A stretch of DNA of 64,000 nt from Parcubacteria group bacterium (lineage in GTDB: Bacteria; Patescibacteriota; Patescibacteriia; UBA1558; GWA2-36-10). The notes beneath the pieces were generated by a model. That model did no database searches. It saw nothing but the letters and a program-made list of their open reading frames with translations, and was not told the origin of the DNA. The position numbers and the translations under genes are program-made. Shown one piece after another: positions 17,770 to 25,962 of the stretch; position 1 is the first letter of the stretch, and each line of letters starts with the position of its first letter. Location: the NCBI GenBank assembly GCA_003104935.1, contig PQAE01000006.1, forward strand, positions 1,037 to 65,036, given 5' to 3'.

Positions 17770-17979
17770 TTGTCCAGAGATATTGGCTTGGCCATAGACA
17801 AATTTGTGATTTGTCTGCTGACCGACGAACCCTCAAATGAGGCGCTGACTCAAGTCTGGCAGGATCTGGAAGAGCACGGCTTTGATCCCCACGCCTGGTA
17901 CGACCAGGCAAACTGCATTTCCATGCAACAGTGGTACGATGCCGTGGAATCGGAGATGGTCCTGCGCGGACTGTTCTAG
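17770..17979 (+). CDS. small acidic hypothetical protein, GC-rich cassette gene
   Basis: 69 aa, TTG start with strong SD; GC-rich ORF; followed by hairpin terminator; contains the QVWQD pentapeptide shared with the 6264..6794 product. Confidence 0.4.
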   Translation: MSRDIGLAIDKFVICLLTDEPSNEALTQVWQDLEEHGFDPHAWYDQANCISMQQWYDAVESEMVLRGLF

Positions 17980-17996
17980 AGCTACGGCTCGAAGCA

Positions 17997-18040
17997 AAGA
18001 GGCACCTAGAGCTTATTTAAGCCGGGTGCCTCTTCTAATT
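17997..18040 (+). terminator. intrinsic terminator (AGAGGCACC-N17-GGGTGCCTCT + TCT)
   Basis: 10-bp stem directly after the 17770..17979 stop. Confidence 0.5.
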
Positions 18041-18168
18041 GACAAAATAATCTTTTAGCGCTAAAAATACTCCGATTGTTGTCCGGCCAACAACAATGGA
18101 GCGGATGTGTTGGCAAACGGCCTGAAGCTCTTGCCAATGACGCTGAAGGTGTGTCACTTTTTCGCCGA

Positions 18169-18218
18169 AATGAACATACCCCCAGCTAATCGCTGGGGGT
18201 ATGTTCATTATTTTTCCT
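18169..18218. terminator. strong hairpin (AATGAACATACCCCC-N11-GGGGGTATGTTCATT) flanked by T-runs
   Basis: 15-bp perfect stem immediately downstream of the stop of the 18228..22073 giant gene; TATTTTTCC on the + side. Confidence 0.45.
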
Positions 18219-18227
18219 TACAGAAAT

Positions 18228-21200
18228 TTATTTAGCTTTAGCTCTTCTCCTAAATATAAAACCTAGTAAAATACCCATGCCGAAAGCCGCCGCAATCAAA
18301 AACCATTTTCTATCCCAAGCCGATGATGTTTTTAGTTCCACATCTTGGCTGACAAAATCTCCCTTACTGACATCAAAAATCTGCGACTTAAATTCATGAT
18401 AACCAGAAGCTTTGACGGTGAAATAATATTTACCTTCCGGCACCAGGAAATTATATTCACCGGTCTTGTCCGTATGTTGCGGATTAGTCTGATCAAAATC
18501 CTTGCCCGGCCATACTTTAAAATCATCTTGGCTCTGTGGTTTATAATACATCGTCACCTCGGCATCCGGTACCCTTAGCTCTTTGCCGTTGTATTTTTCA
18601 TAAACATAACCTCGTGGATCGATAAGTAGCTGAGTATTGCTGTCGTCCGTAGAGCCGTCTTGATAGTTAATCACGGTTTCCAAAATATATTCGCCGGCGA
18701 TCCAGGGCATATCAATATCGGCTTCATAGATGCCGTCACCATTGGTGTCTGTCAGTGTATATTCGCTGATCAGCCAGGTCTCGTCCGCCTGTGCCACTGG
18801 TACAAAATGCTGGATAATTTCCTTTTCTAAACTAACCTTGGCTGCTTTTTTGAAGATGACTCTGACCTTGATAGAAGTCACGGGTTTGTCCGGCTTGACC
18901 TCCTTTTTTAATTTGCTACCGGCTATCAGAGTAACCGTCTGGTCGCCTATACCTCGACTTAAGATAATCTGACCGGCTGTAGATTCGATAAAAGACTGTC
19001 CCGGTTGCAGGATATTTTCCGGCAGATTAGCCGACGGTGTTACTGGCGGTGTTGTTGGGACTTCCGGAGTCGGCAAAGTTACGACCGGTGCGGGCTGGGG
19101 TTGCGGAGCTGTAGTCGGTGGTCTCACTATCGGAGCCGGAATGGCCGGCAGTGGTGGTTTAGGAATAGTTACCGGCGGCTTGGTAATCACTACCGGCGGT
19201 TTTGGTTTTGATGCTACTGGAGTGACCGGTTTCGGAGGCACGGGAGGCGGCGGAGCCACAATCGGTGGAGTCACTACTGGCGCGGCCACCTGGGTATTTA
19301 AAATTATGCTGTCAAAAACTAGCTCCGAAGCCAAACCCCCGCTGGAATAATATTTCACATATACCGTATAGGTGCCATCCGGACAGGTATCACGCCGCAC
19401 CAGGCCGATATAACTGGAACAAAGATCCCATTGCTTGCTGGCAGTATAATCTTCTTGCCCGGCATCATTGAAGGTGCCGTCCATAGAAATAGCCATTCTG
19501 ACGGTGTTAGCGCCGGCGGTCAGATTTAAACTGACCAAGCGGTCAACAGCTTGAGTTGTTCCGTTATTAATAACTACTCCAAAATTTCCGCCCGGATTAC
19601 CTGACGATGGCGTGGGTGGTGCCGGCGGCACCGGCGGCAAACCGCCGCCGCCCCCGGGACAATTTGTTGTCGAAACGGTAGTGTTAACGGTTGCGGTTTC
19701 AATGCCATCGGCGTTTCTATATTTCACCGCATAAGTATAGCTATTGCCACAGGATAAAGAAGTATCGGTCCAGGAATTAGTATTTATCCAACCGGAATTA
19801 TGATTGCCGCCGGCAAAATAGTATCCCGAAGAGCCGACGCTATTGTTGGTCAAAGCATCAACGCTCAAAGCTACGCTATTGGTACTGCCAGTACCGCTAA
19901 AATTAGTCGGCGTATCGGCTAAAGTATATTTGCTGGCTACGGTGCCGTAAGTACTGGTGTTATTTGTCAGATCGCTAAACTGGACATCATAAGTATATTG
20001 GGTGTTATCGGTAAGACCTTGGTTAGTAATTGAAGATGTGGTGGTAGCGTTTGAGCCAAGGGCAGTAACGCTATCTCTCCGAGCCTGCCATTGATTTAAG
20101 ATGCCGCCCTCGGTTACTACGGTCGGCTTATTGACGACGATGGAGTTTGAGGTCACCGTGCCGAAAGTGGGCGCACCTACGGCTGAAGGCGCGACATTAT
20201 CCACGCCAAAAGCATTTGAGGTCGTCCAGGCGCTGGCATTGGCTGAGCCGTCGTTTGGTCGGACTCTGATATAAACACTGGCGTCTTCTGTGGTAGGCAG
20301 ATCAGTAGCGCTATCCCAGACAAAAGTATGACTAGTGCCGGGACTGGCCGAGGAACTAAGACCGGTCAATCCTTCTCCACCGCCGCTGGTAGCATCAGAC
20401 CAACTGGAATTATCTGTAGAATACTCAAGACCGGAAGAGCCGGTCTGCGAAATGTTTAAAGTATCGGCATCGGCGTCAATCAATTTATAATTTACCGTAA
20501 CATTGGCGCTGTCCCACTCGGCAAAATCATTGGTCAGCGTTGCGCTGGGAATATTATTATAGCCCACGGCGATATTATCCAGCTGGACTAACTGTGTTCC
20601 GTCCGAATGCAAAAAAGCCTTGAACAAAAAACTGCCGCTACCGGTGGAAAAAGTTCCGACGTTGGTATTGACAGTATCGGCCGTGCTGGCCTGAGCATAA
20701 GTGCCGTCCGAAGCGGTCCAACCGCTATTATAATAATACCAGGTAGAGCCCCCGTCATTGCTAATGACATATTTTATTTCTCCCCCGTTTTTAGTGGCTG
20801 TTTCGGTAAAACCAGACAAAGTACTAAAGGTCAAGACTGTAGCCGGTTGTATAGTGGGATCGTCATTAGGATATCTGGTCTGTTCGCTGCCGGCAGAAAT
20901 GCTTTCATCCAATACTTTCCAGACTTTGTAGTCGTCCCAAGAAGGCTGAGAATTCCAAGCATGCACTCCCGGATACAAAGTGGTAATACAATTTCCAGAA
21001 TTAATGCCGGTCAGATCAGCTCTGGTAGTGCCGTCTATCCAGGCCGTAACTCGAGTATTGGTAGGACAAGTAGTGCCATAAGTAACGCGCATCGTGCTAC
21101 GATAATCAACTCCGGTGGTAATCGTGAAAGTCCCGTAATTAACCGGCGTATTACCGTCAGCCAGCTTGGCGCCTAAACGCCAAATTTCCAAATCATTGGC

Positions 21201-22073
21201 CGAAGATCCATAAGTAGTAGTTCGTAAGCCATAACCAGTAGTTTCCGGAACAGAAGTAACCCAAGCGTGTCCGACAGTATTAGTGGTGACTGCTCTCTGC
21301 GACGTTACTTCTGAATACCACCCGCCTGTGGCTCCAAAGGCAAAACCGTTGCTAGTGTCTCCGGAAAATTTATCCGTAGCTTCGGTGGTTAGTTTTTTTA
21401 AACGCCCGGATCCGTCCGGATTCACCTCCCACTGAGTCAAGCCGGCATTAGCCCAAGTACTAGTTGTAGTGAAATCATTATAATAGGAATAAACATTGGT
21501 TAAAACCTGCGGACTAGATGTTGCCGCCCCACTATAACCGTAATACAAATAATAATTAGTGTCCGTACCCGAAGTAGAAACATTTGCCTGAGCTTTAAAA
21601 CGCACATCGCTGTTGACTGGTGCATTACTGGGCGTAGCGGCGATCGCTCCCAGACCGCTGGCCAAATAATCCATGTCAATATTGGTATTATCTGATCCAC
21701 TCCAATAAACTATACGCAAATCTGCGTGATCGGCGCGCATCTTTGAATCGCTGACCAAGGTGGCGATGTCTGCGTTTAAGGTCAGTGTATTCCCAGTAGC
21801 AACAGCGGTAGTGGAGCTGGCGGTGACCGTCAGTTGTTTGCGGTAAAGATAATTAGTGTCCCACCAGGGCGTGGAACGGCCGAGCTGGGCCTGGCCGCCA
21901 CTAAACTCAATCTTAGTGTTATCATAAGTATAGTCTCCGGCAGTGCCAAAATTATAAGTGCCGGAAGCGGCATCCACAGCGCCGGGTTGGTAATAAATAA
22001 AAAAAGAAGCCACAAGACAAAAAACAGTAAATATTACTATAGTTCTGCTTATTCTCCTATGGTTTATAAACAT
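18228..22073 (-). CDS. giant secreted/cell-surface protein (1281 aa) with Pro-rich stalk, CnaB/carboxypeptidase-regulatory-like domain and C-terminal TM anchor
   Basis: N-terminal signal peptide; long Thr/Ser/Gly/Asn-rich beta-rich region; Pro-rich linker (PPVPPAPPTPSS...PPPPVPPKPVTPVASKPKPPVV...); C-terminal GEYNFLVPEGKYYFTVKASGYHEF beta-sandwich motif; terminal FLIAAAFGMGILLGFIFRRRAKAK anchor. Confidence 0.7.
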   Translation of the reverse strand: MFINHRRISRTIVIFTVFCLVASFFIYYQPGAVDAASGTYNFGTAGDYTYDNTKIEFSGGQAQLGRSTPWWDTNYLYRKQLTVTASSTTAVATGNTLTLNADIATLVSDSKMRADHADLRIVYWSGSDNTNIDMDYLASGLGAIAATPSNAPVNSDVRFKAQANVSTSGTDTNYYLYYGYSGAATSSPQVLTNVYSYYNDFTTTSTWANAGLTQWEVNPDGSGRLKKLTTEATDKFSGDTSNGFAFGATGGWYSEVTSQRAVTTNTVGHAWVTSVPETTGYGLRTTTYGSSANDLEIWRLGAKLADGNTPVNYGTFTITTGVDYRSTMRVTYGTTCPTNTRVTAWIDGTTRADLTGINSGNCITTLYPGVHAWNSQPSWDDYKVWKVLDESISAGSEQTRYPNDDPTIQPATVLTFSTLSGFTETATKNGGEIKYVISNDGGSTWYYYNSGWTASDGTYAQASTADTVNTNVGTFSTGSGSFLFKAFLHSDGTQLVQLDNIAVGYNNIPSATLTNDFAEWDSANVTVNYKLIDADADTLNISQTGSSGLEYSTDNSSWSDATSGGGEGLTGLSSSASPGTSHTFVWDSATDLPTTEDASVYIRVRPNDGSANASAWTTSNAFGVDNVAPSAVGAPTFGTVTSNSIVVNKPTVVTEGGILNQWQARRDSVTALGSNATTTSSITNQGLTDNTQYTYDVQFSDLTNNTSTYGTVASKYTLADTPTNFSGTGSTNSVALSVDALTNNSVGSSGYYFAGGNHNSGWINTNSWTDTSLSCGNSYTYAVKYRNADGIETATVNTTVSTTNCPGGGGGLPPVPPAPPTPSSGNPGGNFGVVINNGTTQAVDRLVSLNLTAGANTVRMAISMDGTFNDAGQEDYTASKQWDLCSSYIGLVRRDTCPDGTYTVYVKYYSSGGLASELVFDSIILNTQVAAPVVTPPIVAPPPPVPPKPVTPVASKPKPPVVITKPPVTIPKPPLPAIPAPIVRPPTTAPQPQPAPVVTLPTPEVPTTPPVTPSANLPENILQPGQSFIESTAGQIILSRGIGDQTVTLIAGSKLKKEVKPDKPVTSIKVRVIFKKAAKVSLEKEIIQHFVPVAQADETWLISEYTLTDTNGDGIYEADIDMPWIAGEYILETVINYQDGSTDDSNTQLLIDPRGYVYEKYNGKELRVPDAEVTMYYKPQSQDDFKVWPGKDFDQTNPQHTDKTGEYNFLVPEGKYYFTVKASGYHEFKSQIFDVSKGDFVSQDVELKTSSAWDRKWFLIAAAFGMGILLGFIFRRRAKAK

Positions 22074-22166
22074 AAAACTTGAATAGATTGACGCATTTAT
22101 TCAGGAGTAATTATAACATATTTCGGCCTTAATGATAATAGTACTCAGAGATTTGCCACTTGAGTC

Positions 22167-22826
22167 TTGCTTAAAAACCCTAATAAAATTATAATTAAAA
22201 ACATGATAACTAATCTGATTGATTTTTTGGCACAACTGGTAGTAAATATTATCAGCCACATCGGCTACTGCGGCATTTTTTTACTGATGTTGGTAGAAAG
22301 CTGTGGTATCCCCATGCCCTCGGAAGTAATCATGCCCTTTTCCGGATTTTTAGTGGTTGACGGACAGTTAAATTTCTTAGCGGTAGTGATTATCGGCACC
22401 ATCGGCAATCTGGCCGGCTCAATACTGGCCTATTGGATCGGCGCCAAGGGCGGACGCCTGCTTTTGGAAAAATACGGGAAATATATTTTGATTTCCCGAC
22501 ATGATTTAAGTCTGGCCGACCGCCTTTTTGCCCGCTGGGGCCAAGCGGTTGTATTTTTCGGCCGGCTTTTGCCGGTTGTACGTACCTATATCTCTTTTCC
22601 GGCCGGCATCGCCCGCATGAATTTTAAAAAGTTTTGCCTCTATACTTTTCTCGGCGCCCTGCCCTGGTCCATTCTCTTTGTCTGGCTGGGAGTAAAAATG
22701 GGCAGTCACTGGGATCTGATCAGGGAAAAACTGCACGATTTTGATATGGCTATGCTGGCTTTAGTAATCCTGGCCATCCTCTTTTATATCTGGCGGCATT
22801 GGCAAAATAGAAAAATATCAAACTAA
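22167..22826 (+). CDS. DedA family membrane protein
   Basis: 219 aa; conserved DedA/SNARE-associated segment (LLMLVESCGIPMPSEVIMPFSGFLV...GRLLPVVRTYISFPAG). Confidence 0.75.
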   Translation: MLKNPNKIIIKNMITNLIDFLAQLVVNIISHIGYCGIFLLMLVESCGIPMPSEVIMPFSGFLVVDGQLNFLAVVIIGTIGNLAGSILAYWIGAKGGRLLLEKYGKYILISRHDLSLADRLFARWGQAVVFFGRLLPVVRTYISFPAGIARMNFKKFCLYTFLGALPWSILFVWLGVKMGSHWDLIREKLHDFDMAMLALVILAILFYIWRHWQNRKISN

Positions 22827-22828
22827 AA

Positions 22829-22868
22829 AACACCCGGGAGGCGAAACAATATGGGGTGTTTTTAATTT
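22829..22868. terminator. bidirectional hairpin terminator (ACACCC-N18-GGGTGT)
   Basis: Between convergent DedA (+) and cupin (-) genes, flanked by A/T runs. Confidence 0.4.
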
Positions 22869-22873
22869 AAACT

Positions 22874-23269
22874 TTATTCACTAGTCTGGCCGTCAAAATG
22901 CTCTTCCTGAGCCTCGGCTTCGGCTTTGCTGGCACGTACTACGCCGTCCTTGTGCTCCGGCGGAGAATATACCGTATAGAGTTTCATCACCTCTGTTGCG
23001 GAAGTATTGATGATGTTGTGTTTGGTGCCGGCCGGAATCACAATGGCAAAATTTTCGCCAATATCATGGGTCACTCCGTCTAATACGGCTTGGCCCGCGC
23101 CACGCTCTAGACGGATAAATTGGTCCAAGGTATGCACTTCTTCGCCAATGTCTTCACCAGGCTGAAGCGTCATCACTACCAGCTGACTATTTTTTGCTGT
23201 GTAAAGCACTTGGCGGAAATTATTATTTTCCAAAGTAGCTTGCTCTATATTAATTACATAACCTTTCAT
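22874..23269 (-). CDS. cupin domain protein
   Basis: 131 aa; two-motif cupin signature (QPGEDIGEEVHTLDQFIRLERG ... GENFAIVIPAGTKHNIINT). Confidence 0.65.
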   Translation of the reverse strand: MKGYVINIEQATLENNNFRQVLYTAKNSQLVVMTLQPGEDIGEEVHTLDQFIRLERGAGQAVLDGVTHDIGENFAIVIPAGTKHNIINTSATEVMKLYTVYSPPEHKDGVVRASKAEAEAQEEHFDGQTSE

Positions 23270-23364
23270 ATTTTTGTTATTAATAATTTTGTTATAACTT
23301 AATTATAGCAAACAACATTAAATATTAAAACTAATCTATTTTTTAGCAAGCTATTTTCATTATA

Positions 23365-23393
23365 TTGACAAATAAACGATATTGTGGTAGTAT
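23365..23393 (+). promoter_or_regulatory. promoter TTGACA-N14-TGg-TAGTAT
   Basis: 17-nt spacer with extended -10 TG. Confidence 0.45.
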
Positions 23394-23453
23394 CAACAGT
23401 TAGTGTACCTAAATCAAAATGGCACTATAGCCAACACTAGAAGAGGTTATGTC

Positions 23454-23759
23454 ATGGACCGCTTGGATCTGAAGTTCAGCCTGAAAGACGGCGATTTTCT
23501 GTGTTTGTTTTCCGATACCAATTCTCTTCAGGATGACCTGAAGGAAGCACAGATGGATCATACCGGCGACCACATCGTCGAGCATCTGGCTTTCGAGCCG
23601 GACAATATGGACGGCGAAGCCGTCTTGGATATTATCGACTCTACCGTTGATTTGGAGAAGGGTGTTTCTACCTTCGAAAAACTGGCGGGAGCGATTTTCA
23701 AATCCGGCGTCAACTACGGACGCGAACACGCGGCCAGAATCAAGGTCTCCGACCTATGA
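23454..23759 (+). CDS. small acidic hypothetical protein, GC-rich cassette gene
   Basis: 101 aa from ATG 23454 with RBS AGAAGAGG 7 nt upstream (the track start at 23403 lies within 10 nt of the promoter -10); GC-rich; strong terminator follows. Confidence 0.45.
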   Translation: MDRLDLKFSLKDGDFLCLFSDTNSLQDDLKEAQMDHTGDHIVEHLAFEPDNMDGEAVLDIIDSTVDLEKGVSTFEKLAGAIFKSGVNYGREHAARIKVSDL

Positions 23760-23770
23760 GCGACCAAAAA

Positions 23771-23816
23771 AGCCCCACCCACCCGAAGCATTTCGGTGCG
23801 GGGTGGGGCTTTTTCA
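23771..23816 (+). terminator. intrinsic terminator (AGCCCCACCCACCCG-N9-CGGGGTGGGGCT + TTTTTC)
   Basis: GC-rich stem followed by T-run directly after the 23759 stop. Confidence 0.6.
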
Positions 23817-23826
23817 GTTAAAAAAA

Positions 23827-24192
23827 TCAGTGCGGAAAAAGAAACTCCCCGCTTAAAAAAATGATAATAGCTAAGGCGTATAAAATGGCCAGATATTTAG
23901 CCACCACCCGGTCTTTATTTTTAAAGATGGCTAAGAGCCCTGATACCAAAGATAACAGTCCGGACAGATTAAGCGCCACCGATAATATAGGAATAAATAT
24001 ATTGCCCTCAATAACCTGTGATTCTCCTTTTATGACCGCCGCGACCAGCAGTGAAATTAACATCAGTCCATCAAAAATCAGGCCAAAGTAGACTGACCAT
24101 TTTCCTAAACGAGTTTTTGTGGTAATGCCAGATTTCATATATTTCATTTTCCAAAAAACACTAGTGCTGGCTAATGTTTTGGTTTTCGCCAT
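23827..24192 (-). CDS. hypothetical membrane protein (3 predicted TM)
   Basis: 121 aa hydrophobic ORF; no conserved motif recognised. Confidence 0.4.
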   Translation of the reverse strand: MAKTKTLASTSVFWKMKYMKSGITTKTRLGKWSVYFGLIFDGLMLISLLVAAVIKGESQVIEGNIFIPILSVALNLSGLLSLVSGLLAIFKNKDRVVAKYLAILYALAIIIFLSGEFLFPH

Positions 24193-24408
24193 TCTACTTA
24201 TGATGCCTTCTCTTAGCCTTATCTTCCAGCATTAGTCTTTTTATCTCCAGTCTTTTCTTGGTCTTTTTGGAGTGCGATTTTTGCCGCCTTCCAAAGGCAT
24301 GTGTTCTTTTAGCCATAAATATTATTTTCTAAATTTATTTAGTAGTTTATATGATACCTTATTTATTTGTTCTGGGCAAGGATCAACTGCAAATAGCAAT
24401 CTTCTTGT

Positions 24409-24855
24409 TTGTTAACCATGAAAATTTATGGTAGCATAAAATATATGTTTGAAAGGCCACCCGAAAATATTAATGAGGATATTAGCGCCGATGAAATGGC
24501 CAGGGGCGAAGCCATGGCCGCCGAGTTTTATCAGGAGACAGAGGTGCCTCAGGAAAACCGCAGAGAATGCGGACCAGAGGTTGCTGAATATGAGGATCTC
24601 TTGGCGTCTTTTGAGCAAACTCATAACCTAGAACAGTTGCACGCTATTATTGAACTTACGCCCGAAGATGCTCCCAAAAACCAATTGAGAGAACCCGCGC
24701 GTCTTGCTCTTTATCCCATCGTCACCTTACTAAACACTCTGAAAAAAGAAACCAATATCATGACTGCCAAACACGATGAATTAAAGGAACAATACATGAA
24801 ATTATCTCGAGCTGTGGGAATGATAAATAACAACATGGTTGATCACAATAGATAA
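24409..24855 (+). CDS. hypothetical acidic protein
   Basis: 148-aa ORF followed by hairpin terminator at 24858-24895 (AACACCAGC-N5-GCCGGTGTT + TTTATTTT). Confidence 0.4.
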   Translation: MLTMKIYGSIKYMFERPPENINEDISADEMARGEAMAAEFYQETEVPQENRRECGPEVAEYEDLLASFEQTHNLEQLHAIIELTPEDAPKNQLREPARLALYPIVTLLNTLKKETNIMTAKHDELKEQYMKLSRAVGMINNNMVDHNR

Positions 24856-24948
24856 TCTTTAAAAAACACCAGCTTCTAGCCGGTGTTTTTATTTTAACTT
24901 TGTCCTGGAAATTTATTACATTTAACTCCGCTTTAATATCACTTTAAA

Positions 24949-25128
24949 TTATTTTACGTAGCTAAATGCAAAATGCATTAAAACTATGGTTAAAGCGTTG
25001 AGCAATACTAAGCTGATTATTAATCGGGGTTCTGTAAAGGCTGGGATATTCATCAAGATATAAAGGGTATAAATTATCGCCACTATGACCGCCCCAATAA
25101 AATTACCTCTTATTATTAAGTGTTCCAT
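24949..25128 (-). CDS. possible 59-aa small hydrophobic protein
   Basis: Minus-strand ORF MEHLIIRGNFIGAVIVAIIYTLYILMNIPAF... just below the 60-aa track cutoff, in an otherwise ORF-free 430-bp region. Confidence 0.2.
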   Translation of the reverse strand: MEHLIIRGNFIGAVIVAIIYTLYILMNIPAFTEPRLIISLVLLNALTIVLMHFAFSYVK

Positions 25129-25285
25129 TTTTTTATATTTATATATCTATTCCAGCATACAAGCAAATAGCCTTTATTGAAAGGGCTTCTGAAAAACGGC
25201 TCCCACGGTAGGCCTCGAATCCCGTATAATCTCCTCCTCACTTGGCTCGAAGTCGATTTACGGGACAAGCCTACTTGTTACATAG

Positions 25286-25364
25286 TGGCTCCAGGGGATG
25301 GGATCGAACCATCGACATCGTGATTAACAGTCACGCGTTCTACCTCTGAACTACCCTGGAATCA
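25286..25364 (-). tRNA. tRNA-Asn (anticodon GUU), 9-nt variable loop
   Basis: rc TCCAGGGTAGTTCAGAGGTAGAACGCGTGACTGTTAATCACGATCGATGTCGATGGTTCGATCCCATCCCCTGGAGCCA; acceptor TCCAGGG/CCCTGGA, anticodon loop CTGTTAA, T-arm GATGG/CCATC, CCA encoded. Confidence 0.7.
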
Positions 25365-25538
25365 TCAAATAGCAAGAAAAAAACCGATCTTGCTGACCGG
25401 TCTAAATACTTATTTAAAAATAAAAATATGACCGGTCTTTATGGTCGGTTATTATTGTTATTATTTAAGCTGGAAAATTCAAAATAAGTCATATAAGTAT
25501 ATATAACACACAATGTATAAATTGTCAACCCATTTAAA

Positions 25539-25886
25539 CTATACCGTTGTTTTGCGGACCGTAGATAATGGCACTAAAAGTACCAATGCATTGCTCAACC
25601 ACATATACCAGGAGCTGAAAAAGCCCCAACCAGTAAAGGGTACGGTCAAAATAATATTGAGCACTAGACCAATTATAACCCAGAGAAAAGAATAGCTCAG
25701 CATAGCTCCGGCACTGTGCGCCGCCACGCTACGGCCAGCAAAATAAGAGGCAACTGCTACTGCGATAGCCACCACAATATCGACCCACGGGGTGCTTGTC
25801 GCTTTGTAGGCCACAAACACCGTGGCGACCAAATAAGCTACTGCCCACACTAAGACCCCGTACCCAAAAACTTTTTTGTAGTTCAT
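25539..25886 (-). CDS. hypothetical membrane protein (4 TM)
   Basis: 115-aa hydrophobic ORF; start codon embedded in the second copy of the aspS-type inverted-repeat leader. Confidence 0.45.
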   Translation of the reverse strand: MNYKKVFGYGVLVWAVAYLVATVFVAYKATSTPWVDIVVAIAVAVASYFAGRSVAAHSAGAMLSYSFLWVIIGLVLNIILTVPFTGWGFFSSWYMWLSNALVLLVPLSTVRKTTV

Positions 25887-25943
25887 CCCGTTAGAGATTT
25901 ATTAATTAGTCGAATCTCGTCGGAAAAAATCTCTAACGGGATT
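25884..25943 (-). promoter_or_regulatory. second copy of the RBS/start-sequestering inverted-repeat leader
   Basis: ATCCCGTTAGAGATT (25884-25898) / AATCTCTAACGGGAT (25929-25943); minus-strand RNA ...AAUCUCUAACGGGAUGAAC closely matches the aspS leader ...AAUUUCUAAGGGGAUGAAC. Confidence 0.4.
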
Positions 25944-25962
25944 CATAAATTAAAAATTAATT

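Noticed and set aside
20607-21176. 189-aa + strand ORF inside the giant surface-protein gene
   Set aside because: Antisense to a 1281-aa ORF with coherent domain structure. Composition (Ser/Gly/Arg/Ile runs) mirrors the sense strand's Thr/Ser/Gly richness.
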